In this document: positions 28,681-41,607 of the stretch, in pieces
Layout of the letters: the number at the start of each line of letters is the position of its first letter
Position numbering within the stretch: position 1 is the first letter of the stretch
Assembly: GCA_964385255.1 (NCBI GenBank)
Contig: CAYLOH010000004.1
Span: 15,060 to 79,059, forward strand
Direction: 5' to 3'
Source: an uncultured Rubrivirga sp.
GTDB lineage: Bacteria; Actinomycetota; Actinomycetes; S36-B12
DNA length: 64,000 bases
Translations under genes and position numbers: made by a program
Notes under the pieces: model-generated
The model's database searches: none
Seen by the model: only the letters and a program-made list of their open reading frames with translations
What the model was told of the DNA's origin: nothing

Positions 28681-28911
28681 GTGAACGACCGGCGGGATTC
28701 GGCTTCCCAGCAGCCCATCAAGGGCCGAGGGGACGAGCACGTATGGTCGATGATCGGCACCCTGGTCGCCGGCCCCCTCACCTGGGGGGTCATCGGAATG
28801 GGCGTGGATCACCTGGTGGGCACCACCCGCGTGTTTGTAGCGGTGGGTGTCGTAGTGGGCTTCATCACTTCCCTGCTTTTCGTGTACGTCCGTCATGGTC
28901 GCAACGCGTGA
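28681..28911 (+). CDS. AtpZ/AtpI-family small membrane protein
   Basis: WSMIGTLVAG...WGVIGMGVDHLVGT two-TM pattern directly before atpB. Start approximate. Confidence 0.75.
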   Translation: MNDRRDSASQQPIKGRGDEHVWSMIGTLVAGPLTWGVIGMGVDHLVGTTRVFVAVGVVVGFITSLLFVYVRHGRNA

Positions 28912-28942
28912 CCACCGAGGTTAAGACTGTGGGAGAGCAGCC

Positions 28943-29743
28943 TTGCTGACCGCGCTCGTGCCGATGGCAACTTCGCCCGATGGTGGCTTCAAGGCGCCGA
29001 CCGTCGGAGAGTTCTTCCCCGGCGAATTGATCTTCGTGGGTACGCCCTTTGCGATGACCCGCATCAACCTCATGGGTCTGCTGATGGCCGGGGTCGTGTG
29101 TCTGTTCTTCGTTGCGGCTTTCGCCAAGCCCAAGTTGGTTCCCTCTGGAGTTCAGAACCTCGGCGAGATGGCCATCGATCTCGTCCAGAAGAACGTGATC
29201 GATGAGGCATTGGGCGAGAAGGGGAAGAAGTACGCCCCGTACCTGATCTCGATGTTCTGGATGCTGTTCGCCTTCAACATCACCGGCATCTTGCCCACCA
29301 TGCACCTGGCGATCAGCAGCGTCATCGCCATCCCGCTCATGTTCGCCGTCATCGCCTGGGTCGTCTTCAACGTCCAGGGGGTGCGAGCCCTCGGCTTCTT
29401 CCACTACCTCAAGGCGAATCTCTTCCCGCCGGGCATTCCGTGGCCGATCTACATCCTGGTCACGCCGATCGAGTTCGTCTCGACGTTCTTGCTACGTCCC
29501 CTCACGCTCACCATCCGTCTCCTGGCCAACATGATGGCCGGTCACCTGCTGCTCGTCCTGTTCTTCAGCGCCACCAGCGCCCTCCTTCTGGCCGATGGCT
29601 TCCTCAAGATCTTCGCGATTCCCTCGTTCTTCATGGGCTTCGCGTTCACCATGTTCGAGATCTTGATTGCAGTCCTGCAGGCCTACATCTTCACGCTGCT
29701 CACGGCTGTCTACATTGACAGTGCAACCAGCGAGGAGCATTAA
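28943..29743 (+). CDS. atpB: F0F1 ATP synthase subunit a
   Basis: Motifs RPLTLTIRLLANMMAGH and LQAYIFTLL. Confidence 0.96.
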   Translation: MLTALVPMATSPDGGFKAPTVGEFFPGELIFVGTPFAMTRINLMGLLMAGVVCLFFVAAFAKPKLVPSGVQNLGEMAIDLVQKNVIDEALGEKGKKYAPYLISMFWMLFAFNITGILPTMHLAISSVIAIPLMFAVIAWVVFNVQGVRALGFFHYLKANLFPPGIPWPIYILVTPIEFVSTFLLRPLTLTIRLLANMMAGHLLLVLFFSATSALLLADGFLKIFAIPSFFMGFAFTMFEILIAVLQAYIFTLLTAVYIDSATSEEH

Positions 29744-30016
<273 letters not shown>

Positions 30017-30103
30017 AAGCCGCCCGATTCACCTATCCATCACGTCGATGTCGCTGAGTCGAGCGGCTGAGGCGAAGGTCCAACCACGAAGGTCCAGGTC
30101 ACA

Positions 30104-30673
30104 ATGAACCTAGTTCAAGCGAACCTCCTAGCAGCAGGAGGCGAGGCCCCTGAGGGCAGCGCGATCTTGTTCCCCGCGTCCTACGACCTCATCTGGGGCG
30201 GATTGTCCTTCCTGATCGTCTTGACGCTCTTCTGGAAGTTCGTCCTTCCGCGGATGAAGCAGGTCATGGACGAACGCGCGGAACTCATCGAGGGTGGCAT
30301 CGCCCGTGCTGAGGAGATGCAAGAGCAGGCACGAGCAGACCTCGAGGCGTATCGGAAGGCTCTTGCCGAGGCGCGCGAGGAAGCAGCCGAGATCCGCACC
30401 CAGGCACAGGCTGATCGGCGATCGATCGTGGACGAGGCACGGGCCGAGGCGGCGGCGGCGGCCGCGGCGATCACCCAGGCCTCCGAGGCGGCCATCGAAC
30501 GTGACCGCGCTCAGGTAGTCAGCCAACTCACTGCCCAGGTGGGAGCACTGTCCGTCGAACTAGCGAGCAAGATCGTCGGTCAGTCTTTGGAGAACGACGC
30601 CACCGTGCGCAAGACGGTGGAGGACTTCGTCGCAGACCTCGAGCAGATGGCGAATACGCAAGGTAGCCGGTGA
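30104..30673 (+). CDS. atpF: F0F1 ATP synthase subunit b
   Basis: N-terminal TM plus long coiled coil; operon position. Confidence 0.94.
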   Translation: MNLVQANLLAAGGEAPEGSAILFPASYDLIWGGLSFLIVLTLFWKFVLPRMKQVMDERAELIEGGIARAEEMQEQARADLEAYRKALAEAREEAAEIRTQAQADRRSIVDEARAEAAAAAAAITQASEAAIERDRAQVVSQLTAQVGALSVELASKIVGQSLENDATVRKTVEDFVADLEQMANTQGSR

Positions 30674-31482
30674 TGCTGTCCGCTAGTCGAACCTCGTTGG
30701 CCCAGGTCGCCGAACTCCTCGAGAGTCGGCGAGCGGATCCTGCGTTCCCGGGTGTGGCCGCCGACCTCTACGCCGCGTGCGATCTCCTTGATCGCGAGAA
30801 GGCCCTGCGGGAGGCGCTTTCGGACTCCGGTCGCCCCGAGCGCACACGCGCCGACATTGCGGGACAGTTGTTCGAAGGCCGCATCAGCCCTCTCGCCAAC
30901 GAAGTTCTGGCCGCCACCGTGCGTCAGCGCTGGTCCAGCCCGCAAGACCTGGTTTCGGGATTACGGACGCTGGGAGATCGTGCAGCGCTGACCGTGGCCG
31001 CTGACAACGGGACGCTCGACGCGACCGAGGATCAGATCTTCCGCATCGGTCGGATCATCTCGGGTTCGGCCACCTTGCAGTCGGCTCTCACCGACCCCGC
31101 CATCGCGACGTCCGCGAAGACCGGCATCATCACCGACCTACTGGCGGGCAAGGTGACGGATACCACCGCCCTGGTGGTCGGCTTCGCTCTGAGCCACCTC
31201 GATGGTCGCAGAGTGGAGCAGGCGATCGACGACCTCGTGGAGATGGCTGCCGAGCAACGTCAGCGTGTTGTTGCGGTTGTGAAGGTTGCCAAGCCCCTGG
31301 ATCCGGATCTGGCCGAGCGCATGGCGGCGGCGCTCGGGCGATTGACGGGTCGAACGGTGAGTGTGAACGTCGTCGTCGACCCATCGGTTTTGGGTGGCGC
31401 ACACGTCACGATCGCCGGTGAGGTCATCGATGGCACCGTCGCCTCCCGACTAGAGCAAGCCCAGCGATTGATCGCTGGTTAG
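30670..31482 (+). CDS. atpH: F0F1 ATP synthase subunit delta (long actinobacterial form)
   Basis: Motifs RWS and VDPSVLGG...EVIDGTVASRL; operon position. Confidence 0.93.
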   Translation: MMLSASRTSLAQVAELLESRRADPAFPGVAADLYAACDLLDREKALREALSDSGRPERTRADIAGQLFEGRISPLANEVLAATVRQRWSSPQDLVSGLRTLGDRAALTVAADNGTLDATEDQIFRIGRIISGSATLQSALTDPAIATSAKTGIITDLLAGKVTDTTALVVGFALSHLDGRRVEQAIDDLVEMAAEQRQRVVAVVKVAKPLDPDLAERMAAALGRLTGRTVSVNVVVDPSVLGGAHVTIAGEVIDGTVASRLEQAQRLIAG

Positions 31483-31542
31483 ACCACTACTACCGAACTA
31501 GCCCCACCTCAGGCGGTGGGCCGAGAAAGAGAGCAGGACACG

Positions 31543-33177
31543 ATGACGGAGCTGACGATCCGGCCGGAAGAGATCCGGGATGCGATCGAGCGGAACGTGG
31601 CGGCGTACTCGCCGTCGACCGCCCGAGAAGAAGTGGGCCGCGTCACCGAAATCGGCGACGGTATCGCCCGCGTCGAGGGACTGCACTCGGCCATGACCAA
31701 CGAACTCTTGGAGTTCGAGGGTGGGTTGCTGGGGCTAGCCCTCAACCTCGATGTGCGCGAGATCGGCGTTGTGCTGCTCGGTGACGGTTCACGCATCGAA
31801 GAGGGTCAGCCAGTTCGCCGGACCGGCGAGGTGCTGTCCGTCCCCGTGGGCGACGCCTATCTCGGTCGCGTGGTAGACCCTCTGGGGAATCCCATCGATG
31901 GGTTGGGCCCGATCGCCGCGGAGACCCGCCGCGCCCTCGAAGTCCAGGCGCCCACGGTGGTCCAGCGTCAGCCCGTGAAAGAGCCCATGCTGACCGGAAT
32001 CAAGGCGATCGATGCCATGACGGCGATCGGGCGAGGCCAGCGCCAGTTGATCATCGGTGACCGGCAAACGGGCAAGACCGCCGTGTGTTTGGACACGATC
32101 CTCAACCAGCGCGAGAACTGGAAGTCGGGGGATCCTGCCAAGCAGGTTCGCTGCATCTACGTGGCTATCGGACAGAAGGGCTCGACGATCGCCTCGGTCA
32201 AGGGCGCGCTCGAAGAGTACGGCGCCATGGAGTACACCACCATCGTCGCGGCGCCGGCATCCGATCCTGCGGGCTTCAAGTATCTGGCCCCTTACACCGG
32301 TTCGGCTATCGGACAGCACTGGATGTACGGAGGAAAGCACGTCCTCATCGTGTTTGACGATCTGTCCAAGCAGGCGGAGGCCTACCGAGCCGTCTCGCTG
32401 CTGTTGCGCCGCCCACCAGGTCGCGAGGCTTACCCGGGCGACGTCTTCTACTTGCACAGCCGCTTGCTGGAACGTTGCGCCAAACTCTCCGACGAAATGG
32501 GCGGTGGATCGATGACGGGTCTACCGATCATCGAAACCAAGGCGAACGACGTTTCGGCGTTCATCCCGACCAACGTCATCTCCATCACGGATGGGCAGTG
32601 CTTCCTGGAGTCGGACCTGTTCAACTCCGGCGTGCGCCCCGCAATCAACGTGGGTATCTCGGTGTCCCGCGTGGGTGGTTCTGCCCAGCCCAAGGCCATG
32701 AAGAAGGTGGCTGGCCAATTGCGTCTGAATCTCGCCCAGTTCCGTGAGCTCGAGGCATTCGCCGCCTTCGGCTCCGACCTGGACGCGGCGTCCAAAGCGC
32801 AGTTGGAGCGGGGTTCGCGACTTGTCGAGCTCCTGAAGCAGGCGCAGTACCAGCCGCAGCCCATGGAGCGCGAGGTCGTCTCGGTGTGGGCGGGAACCAC
32901 CGGGCGGCTGGATGACGTCCCCGTGGAAGACATCCGCCGTTTTGATGCGGAGTTCTTGGACTATGTCGAGCGAAACAAGCCTGAGATCTTCGACGCGATC
33001 CGGTCCACGACCGACCTCTCGGACGACACCGTGAGCGTGCTCGAGGGTGCGATAGCCGACTTCAAGCGGCAGTTCACCACCTCGACCGGCCAACTGTTGG
33101 TGAACGACGAGCCAGTCGAAGCTCTCGAGGACGAGGCGATCGATCCCACTCAGATCAAGCGGTCAGTGCGGGGCTAG
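31543..33177 (+). CDS. atpA: F0F1 ATP synthase subunit alpha
   Basis: Motifs GDRQTGKT and [21 protein letters not shown]. Confidence 0.98.
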   Translation: MTELTIRPEEIRDAIERNVAAYSPSTAREEVGRVTEIGDGIARVEGLHSAMTNELLEFEGGLLGLALNLDVREIGVVLLGDGSRIEEGQPVRRTGEVLSVPVGDAYLGRVVDPLGNPIDGLGPIAAETRRALEVQAPTVVQRQPVKEPMLTGIKAIDAMTAIGRGQRQLIIGDRQTGKTAVCLDTILNQRENWKSGDPAKQVRCIYVAIGQKGSTIASVKGALEEYGAMEYTTIVAAPASDPAGFKYLAPYTGSAIGQHWMYGGKHVLIVFDDLSKQAEAYRAVSLLLRRPPGREAYPGDVFYLHSRLLERCAKLSDEMGGGSMTGLPIIETKANDVSAFIPTNVISITDGQCFLESDLFNSGVRPAINVGISVSRVGGSAQPKAMKKVAGQLRLNLAQFRELEAFAAFGSDLDAASKAQLERGSRLVELLKQAQYQPQPMEREVVSVWAGTTGRLDDVPVEDIRRFDAEFLDYVERNKPEIFDAIRSTTDLSDDTVSVLEGAIADFKRQFTTSTGQLLVNDEPVEALEDEAIDPTQIKRSVRG

Positions 33178-33180
33178 TCA

Positions 33181-34086
33181 ATGGGCGCGCAGCTGAGAGT
33201 CTTCCGACGACGGATTCGGTCCGTTCAGGCGACCAAGAAGATCACCAAGGCGATGGAGTTGATCGCGTCATCGCGGATCGTCAAGGCGCAACAGCGCCTG
33301 GACGCTTCGATGCCCTACCTCACCCAACTCGTCGACGCCGTTTCCGCTGCTGCCTCCCATGCATCCGATGTCTCTTCCCATCCGCTCACCGCGAAAGCGG
33401 AAAAGCAGGAGAGCGCCGCGATGCTGATCATCACCGCTGACCGTGGTTTGGCCGGTGCCTACTCGACCAACGCCATCAAGGAGGGGGAGGCGCTGACGCG
33501 CAACCTCAACGAGAAGGGTTTGAAGGTCATCCCCTACATCGTCGGGCGTAAGGGCGTGTCGTACTACCGCTTTCGCGGTCGCGTGATGGGCGGGGAGTAC
33601 ACCGGCTTCACCGACCAACCCACCTACGCCGACGCCAAGCGCATCGGCGAGGACCTCCTGGCGGCATTCCACGGCGATGAGAACGGTGAGGGTGGCGTAG
33701 ACGAGATTCACGTCGTGTACACCCACTTCGTCAACATGGGCACTCAAGAAACTCGAGTGAGGCGGATCCTTCCGCTGGAAGTCGTCGATGAGGTTGTCGA
33801 AACCACCGAGGCGGGAACGCCCTTTCCGTTGTATGAGTTCGAGCCGAGTCCCGAAGCTGTCCTCGATTCACTTCTTCCTCGGTACATCGAGCAGATGGTG
33901 TACCTGTCCTTGCTCACGTCGGCCGCGTCGGAGCATGCAGCCCGCCGCCGTGCCATGAAGTCAGCCACGGACAATGCAGAGGAACTCATCCGCACCCTCA
34001 CCCGGCAGGCCAACCAGGCTCGCCAGGCCGAGATCACCCAGGAAATCAGTGAGATCGTCGGCGGAGCCGACGCGCTCTCCGCGTAA
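33181..34086 (+). CDS. atpG: F0F1 ATP synthase subunit gamma
   Basis: Motifs KITKAMELIA, DRGLAGAY and RQAEITQEISEIVGG. Confidence 0.97.
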   Translation: MGAQLRVFRRRIRSVQATKKITKAMELIASSRIVKAQQRLDASMPYLTQLVDAVSAAASHASDVSSHPLTAKAEKQESAAMLIITADRGLAGAYSTNAIKEGEALTRNLNEKGLKVIPYIVGRKGVSYYRFRGRVMGGEYTGFTDQPTYADAKRIGEDLLAAFHGDENGEGGVDEIHVVYTHFVNMGTQETRVRRILPLEVVDEVVETTEAGTPFPLYEFEPSPEAVLDSLLPRYIEQMVYLSLLTSAASEHAARRRAMKSATDNAEELIRTLTRQANQARQAEITQEISEIVGGADALSA

Positions 34087-35583
<1,497 letters not shown>

Positions 35584-35585
35584 TC

Positions 35586-35987
35586 GTGGCCGACGCTTCG
35601 ATTCTCGACGTCGCAGTTGTTTCTGCCGAACGATCGTTGTGGCAGGGACAAGCCAGGTCCGTCGTTGCCAAGACCCCGGAAGGTGAAATCGGCATCCTTC
35701 CCGGTCACGAGCCGATCCTGGCACTCCTACTCGAGGGCCCCCTGCGTATCGAAGGGGTGGACGGAACCAAGATGATGGTGGCCGTCCACGGCGGCTTTTT
35801 CTCCGTCGATTCGAACAAGGTGAACGTGATTGCCGAGATCGCGGAACTGGCGGAGGACATCGACCTCGATCGTGCCCAGGCTGCACTCGCGCGCGCGCAG
35901 GCGGCAAGCGATGACGACGATCGTTCAGCGATCAAGCGTGCGGAGACCCGCATCACCGTGGCGGGAGCCGCGAAGGGTCTGCGGTAG
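35586..35987 (+). CDS. atpC: F0F1 ATP synthase subunit epsilon
   Basis: Motifs EGEIGILPGHEP and VHGGF. Confidence 0.95.
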   Translation: MADASILDVAVVSAERSLWQGQARSVVAKTPEGEIGILPGHEPILALLLEGPLRIEGVDGTKMMVAVHGGFFSVDSNKVNVIAEIAELAEDIDLDRAQAALARAQAASDDDDRSAIKRAETRITVAGAAKGLR

Positions 35988-36024
35988 CCGCGCGCTCTAG
36001 GTTTCGACTGTCGAGCGTTGGTCG

Positions 36025-36603
36025 CTATGAAGTCTCGGCTTCTTCCACCACGACCGTGATTCTCTCGATGATCCTCATGCGCCTGCGCCGGATCGAGGAG
36101 CGCCACACCTCCATCGTGACGAGTTGAACAGGGAACCAGAGCATGACCCAACTGGTCACACTCAGTCCCTCACCGATCGCGTCGAAAAGGTACTCGTCGT
36201 CGGGGGCGCCGGAGTTTCGAACGAAGATCGATAGCAGCTGCAGTACGAGAAACGTAACGATGCCGAGAGCCAACAGCCTCCTACCAACCGCCCCTCCGGC
36301 GTGCGTCGCATCGACGTCGATCAGGTTCTGCACGCGTAGCCAGCGGCGAACGGCGACGGTGAGGTCATCCTGAATACCCGGGTGAAGATGATGCCCTGGT
36401 AGGCGAATCACGAGTTCTACTTCCGAGTTTCGCGGTGGTTGCCGCGCGAGCAGCATGTCGCGAACGGTGTCCATAGCCGGCTGGGCCGTGTACTCCGTGT
36501 AGTCGACAGACGTGGGAGGTATTGGCTTCACTTGGAACAGTTGGTCAGGATCCTGCAGGGAGACGACTATGCGTCGGACGACGGGTGAGCGGGCTTCCAC
36601 CAT
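36025..36603 (-). CDS. Hypothetical membrane protein with two C-terminal TM helices
   Basis: Fills the atpC-pduO gap; GGAG RBS; EGLSVTSWVMLWFP hydrophobic motif. Confidence 0.65.
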   Translation of the reverse strand: MVEARSPVVRRIVVSLQDPDQLFQVKPIPPTSVDYTEYTAQPAMDTVRDMLLARQPPRNSEVELVIRLPGHHLHPGIQDDLTVAVRRWLRVQNLIDVDATHAGGAVGRRLLALGIVTFLVLQLLSIFVRNSGAPDDEYLFDAIGEGLSVTSWVMLWFPVQLVTMEVWRSSIRRRRMRIIERITVVVEEAETS

Positions 36604-36624
36604 GGGACTCCTTGGCGGCGATGG

Positions 36625-37200
36625 TTACCGGTGGGCCCCAGGTTGCCATAGGACGTCGCCCTCGGATGTGGAATTCGCCACCCGTGCCAGGATGAAGAGC
36701 AGATCACTGAGCCTGTTCAGATACGTGGCGGTCAGCGGGTTCATACCCCCGTGATACATGTCCAAGGCCGCCCAGGTGCTGCGTTCTGCTCGTCGCACGA
36801 CGGTTCGCGCGACGTGCAGATTGGCTGCTGCCAGCGTGCCTCCCGGCAAAACGAAGGACCGCAAAGGCTCCAAACGCTCGTTGTACTCGTCGCACGCCTT
36901 CTCCAGGGACTCAACGTATGAGTCGGTTATGCGTAGCGGAGGATGTTCGGGGTTCTCGACCACCGGTGTACACAGGTCGGCGCCGACGTCGAAGAGGTCG
37001 TTCTGGATGCCAGTCAGCAGTGATCGAACATCCTCATCAACGCCACCATGAGCCAGAACGACGCCGATGGCGCAGTTCGCCTCATCTACGTCGGCGTAGG
37101 CCTTCAGGCGCGGATCGTTCTTGCCCGTTCGGCTCATGTCCCCCAGAGAGGTGGTGCCGTCGTCGCCGGTTCGGGTGTAAATGCGCGTCAGATTGACCAT
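36625..37200 (-). CDS. pduO: ATP:cob(I)alamin adenosyltransferase, PduO type
   Basis: Motifs [35 protein letters not shown] and [10 protein letters not shown]. Confidence 0.94.
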   Translation of the reverse strand: MVNLTRIYTRTGDDGTTSLGDMSRTGKNDPRLKAYADVDEANCAIGVVLAHGGVDEDVRSLLTGIQNDLFDVGADLCTPVVENPEHPPLRITDSYVESLEKACDEYNERLEPLRSFVLPGGTLAAANLHVARTVVRRAERSTWAALDMYHGGMNPLTATYLNRLSDLLFILARVANSTSEGDVLWQPGAHR

Positions 37201-37249
37201 GAGGTCGACCCTAGGCCACGAGGGTTCTTTCCGCTCGTACGATGCCCGC

Positions 37250-38551
37250 GTGGAGTCATCAGGTGGAGGTCGCCCCGATGAGGGCGAGGTAGTGAGCCTG
37301 ACTGGAGGTGTTCGACTCCAAGGGTCCGTACGGGTTCGCGGTGCCAAGAATTCCGTCCTGAAACTGATGGCCGCAGCCCTCCTAGCTCAAGGCCGGACGA
37401 CGATCACCAATGTCCCCGACATCCTGGATGTCGAGATCATGTCCGAGTTGCTGCGCCGCCTCGGCTGCGAAGTGGAACGGGATGTGCCCGGTGAGTCGGT
37501 CACCATCACCGTTCCCGAGCGACCGGACCATCGTGCTGACTATGACCTGGTGCGTCGCATGCGCGCCTCCATCTGCGTCCTCGGTCCGCTCATCGCACGC
37601 TGTGGTGAGGCGGATGTGGCCATGCCGGGAGGCGACAACATCGGCTCGCGTGGATTGGATCTGCACATCGAGGGTCTGCAGCGCATGGGCGCGGATGTGG
37701 TCAACGAGCACGGTTACCTGATCGCCACGTCCCGTCAACTGCGAGGGGCCGATATCTGGTTGGACTTTCCCAGCGTCGGGGCGACGGAGACCTTGGTCAT
37801 GGCTGCGGTCTTGGCCAAGGGGCGCTCGGTCATCGACAACGCCGCACGGGAGCCGGAGATCGTCGACATCTGTCACATGCTGGTCGGGATGGGGGCCTGC
37901 ATCGACGGTATCGGAACCTCGACTCTCGCTATTGAGGGAGTCGATCAGCTGCATCCGGTCGAACACCGCACGGTGCCCGACCGCATCGTGGCAGGCACCT
38001 GGGCGGTAGCGGCAGCGATCACCCGGGGCTCGATCCGCATCGACGAGGCCGACCCCGAGCACTTGCACATCGCATTGGAGAAGTTGACCTCGGCAGGAGC
38101 CCACATCGAGCGCGATGACCAGGGATTCTCGGTCAGCATGGATTCTCGACCCAAGGCCATCGACATAGTGACTCTGCCGTATCCGGGTTTTCCCACGGAT
38201 CTGCAGCCGCAATTCATCGCCCTGAACGCCATCGCCGACGGTGCGGCTCTCGTGACCGAGAACTTGTTCGAAGCTCGATTCCGATTCGTCCGGGAGTTGG
38301 CCAGACTGGGCGCTGATGTGCGAACCGATGGACATCATGCGCTCATCCGTGGGAAGGAGAGACTGTCGGGTGCGCCCGTAGAAGCCACGGATATCCGAGC
38401 GGGGGCTGGGTTGGTTCTCGCTGGGTTGATCGCCGAAGGCACTACGGACATCTACGGGGTTGGGCACATAGACCGCGGGTACGCCGGATTGGTCGAGGAC
38501 CTTCGCCGCCTCGGTGCGCAGGTCCACCGTTCAGGCGAACCTACGAGGTGA
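37250..38551 (+). CDS. murA: UDP-N-acetylglucosamine 1-carboxyvinyltransferase
   Basis: Motifs [23 protein letters not shown] and PGFPTD; TACGAT -10 six nt before GTG 37250. Confidence 0.96.
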   Translation: MESSGGGRPDEGEVVSLTGGVRLQGSVRVRGAKNSVLKLMAAALLAQGRTTITNVPDILDVEIMSELLRRLGCEVERDVPGESVTITVPERPDHRADYDLVRRMRASICVLGPLIARCGEADVAMPGGDNIGSRGLDLHIEGLQRMGADVVNEHGYLIATSRQLRGADIWLDFPSVGATETLVMAAVLAKGRSVIDNAAREPEIVDICHMLVGMGACIDGIGTSTLAIEGVDQLHPVEHRTVPDRIVAGTWAVAAAITRGSIRIDEADPEHLHIALEKLTSAGAHIERDDQGFSVSMDSRPKAIDIVTLPYPGFPTDLQPQFIALNAIADGAALVTENLFEARFRFVRELARLGADVRTDGHHALIRGKERLSGAPVEATDIRAGAGLVLAGLIAEGTTDIYGVGHIDRGYAGLVEDLRRLGAQVHRSGEPTR

Positions 38552-38858
38552 GCACGGCTCGGGCGCGCTGCTCGTCGTTCGGCCAGACCATCACTCGGGG
38601 ACCATCCAAGGTGCTCGCGAGGTTCGCGCGGATGCCGGCGTCCTCGAGCCGACGGCGGAGCATCTCCCCGTCGACGTAGTTGCTGGGTGCTGCAACGGCA
38701 ACCAACATCCCGTAGTCGGTCTCCGGTCCCGGTTTGGCCGCGGCTGCCACGACGGACGTCTTCTTGGAATTGAATGCCCAGCGCAGTACCAGCACGAGGA
38801 CACCGATGGCGATGAAAGCGACCATCGGGCCGAAGGCGTACGAGAAGGAATTGCCCAC
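38541..38858 (-). CDS. Small membrane-anchored hypothetical protein (DUF2007-like C-terminal domain)
   Basis: N-terminal [22 protein letters not shown] and [12 protein letters not shown]; overlaps the 3' end of murA. Confidence 0.7.
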   Translation of the reverse strand: MGNSFSYAFGPMVAFIAIGVLVLVLRWAFNSKKTSVVAAAAKPGPETDYGMLVAVAAPSNYVDGEMLRRRLEDAGIRANLASTLDGPRVMVWPNDEQRARAVLTS

Positions 38859-38926
38859 GGGCTCATCGTCGCGCGCGAGCCCCGGATGCGCCACCTGGGT
38901 ATCCCGGCGACACGTACGCTGAAGCC

Positions 38927-40915
38927 ATGGCGGGCCTGAGCGAGGCCGGGCGCGAGCGCCCGTGGCTGATGCGCACCTATGCGGGGCACTCCTCGGCCGC
39001 AGCCAGCAACGAGTTGTTCCGTAGAAATCTCGCCAAAGGTCAAACCGGGCTGTCGGTTGCTTTCGACCTACCCACGCAAACCGGCTACGACCCCGATTCG
39101 CCGATGGCCGCGGGAGAAGTGGGCAAGGTGGGCGTTCCGATCGCCCACGTCGGTGACATGCGGCGACTGTTCGCCGACATCCCGCTCGATCGAATGAATA
39201 CATCGATGACGATCAACGCGACGGCGATGTGGCTGCTGGCCCTCTACGTGGTGGTGGCTGAAGAACAGGGTGTGACCGCGAGCGAACTCCACGGAACGAC
39301 ACAGAACGACATAATCAAGGAGTACTTGAGTCGGGGAACGTACATTTTCCCTCCCGAACAGTCCCTTCAACTCATCACCGACATGGTCGTCTATTCGGTG
39401 AATGAGATTCCTCATTGGAATCCGATCAACATTTGCAGTTACCACCTGCAGGAGGCTGGTGCAACTCCCACTCAGGAAATCGCCTTCGCCTTGGCAACAG
39501 CGATCGAGGTGTTGGATCGCGTGCGGGACTCGGGGCGTGTGCCCGAAGCGGAATTCGGCAATGTCGTCTCACGCATGTCCTTCTTCGTCAACGCGGGTGT
39601 GCGATTCATTGAAGAGATGTGCAAGATGCGCGCCTTCGTACACATGTGGGATGTCATCACACGTGAGCGATACGGCATCGAGGATCCCCGACAGAGGCGC
39701 TTTCGATACGGCGTGCAAGTGAACTCGTTGGGATTAGCGGAGATGCAGCCGGAGAACAACGTCTACCGGATCATGGTGGAGATGCTCGCCGTGACTCTCT
39801 CGAAGGATGCGAGAGCCCGGGCAGTCCAATTGCCGGCGTGGAATGAGGCTTTGGGGCTCCCGAGACCGTGGGACCAGCAGTGGTCTTTGCGAATGCAACA
39901 GATTCTCGCGTACGAGACTGATCTGCTGGAGTATGACGATCTGTTCGCTGGCTCACCGGTGATCGAACGTAAGGTCGATCAGATGGTCCACGATGCCACC
40001 GAGGAGCTTCAGCGGGTATTGGATCAAGGCGGGGCGGTGAGTGCCGTGGAGAACGGTTACATGAAGGGGGAACTGGTCACCTCGCTCACCCGTCGCCGAG
40101 CGCGAATCGAGTCTGGCGACATCACGGTGGTCGGTGTCAACGCATTTCAAGCGAGCGAGCCGAGTCCCCTGCAGGTCGAGGGTGAGAATGCCGTGTACCT
40201 GGTGGACCCTGCTGTGGAAGCCGAGGCCATCGCCGGCATCCGCGAGTGGCGCGCCAACCGTGATGCAGCGAATGTGGAGCAGGCCCTCGATAGTTTGAAG
40301 GCGGCGGCCATGTCGGGATCAGACTTGATGCAACCGAGCATCGATTGCGCCCGTGTGGGAGTGACGACGGGGGAGTGGTCAAGCGTTCTGCGAAGCGTCT
40401 TCGGCGAATATCGGGCGCCCACCGGGATCGACGCTGCTCCGGCCCTAGCGCCTACCCCCGACGGAACATCGCCGATGGCCGCGGTAGCGGCAAGGGTTCG
40501 CGCCTTGTCCCGTGCGCGCGGACGTCCGTTTCGGTTCCTCGTAGGCAAGCCCGGTTTGGACGGGCACTCCAACGGCGCCGAGCAGATCGCAGTGCGGGCG
40601 CGAGATGCCGGATTCGAGGTTGTCTATCAGGGCATCCGCCTGACCCCCGAGCAGATCGTGGACGCTGCCCTGGCCGAGGACGTCGATGTGGTGGGTCTAT
40701 CCATCTTGTCTGGCTCACACCGAGCTCTCGTGCCGATGATCGTCGAGGGGCTGGCGAACGCAGGAGCATCCGAGGTCGTGGTCGTCGTGGGAGGGATCAT
40801 CCCAGAAGAAGACGCTCAGTGGCTCAAGGAACGGGGGGTGGCCGAGGTCTTCACACCCAAGGACTACGACGTCGCAGCCATCCTCGACCGCATCGTCGAT
40901 CACTTGGGTTCGTAG
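38927..40915 (+). CDS. meaA: MeaA / B12-dependent ethylmalonyl-CoA mutase
   Basis: Motifs PWLMRTYAGHS, SVAFDLPTQTGYD, YGVQVNSLGL, PAWNEALGLP and B12-binding GLDGHSNG...SILSGSH. Confidence 0.93.
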   Translation: MAGLSEAGRERPWLMRTYAGHSSAAASNELFRRNLAKGQTGLSVAFDLPTQTGYDPDSPMAAGEVGKVGVPIAHVGDMRRLFADIPLDRMNTSMTINATAMWLLALYVVVAEEQGVTASELHGTTQNDIIKEYLSRGTYIFPPEQSLQLITDMVVYSVNEIPHWNPINICSYHLQEAGATPTQEIAFALATAIEVLDRVRDSGRVPEAEFGNVVSRMSFFVNAGVRFIEEMCKMRAFVHMWDVITRERYGIEDPRQRRFRYGVQVNSLGLAEMQPENNVYRIMVEMLAVTLSKDARARAVQLPAWNEALGLPRPWDQQWSLRMQQILAYETDLLEYDDLFAGSPVIERKVDQMVHDATEELQRVLDQGGAVSAVENGYMKGELVTSLTRRRARIESGDITVVGVNAFQASEPSPLQVEGENAVYLVDPAVEAEAIAGIREWRANRDAANVEQALDSLKAAAMSGSDLMQPSIDCARVGVTTGEWSSVLRSVFGEYRAPTGIDAAPALAPTPDGTSPMAAVAARVRALSRARGRPFRFLVGKPGLDGHSNGAEQIAVRARDAGFEVVYQGIRLTPEQIVDAALAEDVDVVGLSILSGSHRALVPMIVEGLANAGASEVVVVVGGIIPEEDAQWLKERGVAEVFTPKDYDVAAILDRIVDHLGS

Positions 40916-40924
40916 GCTCCCGCC

Positions 40925-41587
40925 GTGCGTTTGGTCGTGACCCGTTGCACCGTCGATTATCAAGGTCGCCTAAGTGCTCACTTACCCGAGGCAGTTCGCG
41001 TCATCATGATCAAGGCTGATGGATCCGTCCTTGTCCACGCCGATGGTGGGTCCTACAAGCCGTTGAATTGGATGAGCCCACCGTGTCGATTGATCGAAGA
41101 GCGAGACGAAGCACTCAGGTGGATCGTGGAGAACAAGGCAGGGGAGCGGTTGACGATCACTGTGCTCGAGATCATGCACGATTCCGAACACGAGCTGGGT
41201 GTCGATCCTGGATTGGTGAAGGACGGCGTTGAGGCGCATCTGCAGAAGTTGCTTGCCGAGCACGCGCACTCGTTCGGCTGGACTCTCGTTCGACGGGAGT
41301 ATCCGACGGCCATTGGACCAGTCGACCTACTGTGTCGTGATGCGGACGGCATCAGCGTGGCTGTGGAGGTCAAGCGACGAGGGGAGATCGACGGCGTCGA
41401 GCAACTCACCCGCTATCTGGAGCTTCTCAATCGCGATCCGTTGCTCGCTCCCGTCACCGGCGTCCTTGCGGCGCAGGAGATAAAGCCCCAGGCGCGGACA
41501 TTGGCCCAGGATCGCGGCATCGCGTGTCTCATGCTCGACTACGAGGGACTCAAGGGATCCGAGGATTCGGGTCTGCGACTGTTCTAG
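40925..41587 (+). CDS. nucS: Mismatch-specific endonuclease NucS/EndoMS
   Basis: Motifs [32 protein letters not shown] and QLTRY. Confidence 0.96.
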   Translation: MRLVVTRCTVDYQGRLSAHLPEAVRVIMIKADGSVLVHADGGSYKPLNWMSPPCRLIEERDEALRWIVENKAGERLTITVLEIMHDSEHELGVDPGLVKDGVEAHLQKLLAEHAHSFGWTLVRREYPTAIGPVDLLCRDADGISVAVEVKRRGEIDGVEQLTRYLELLNRDPLLAPVTGVLAAQEIKPQARTLAQDRGIACLMLDYEGLKGSEDSGLRLF

Positions 41588-41607
41588 ACCTTTGGCAGAC
41601 TGCCACC

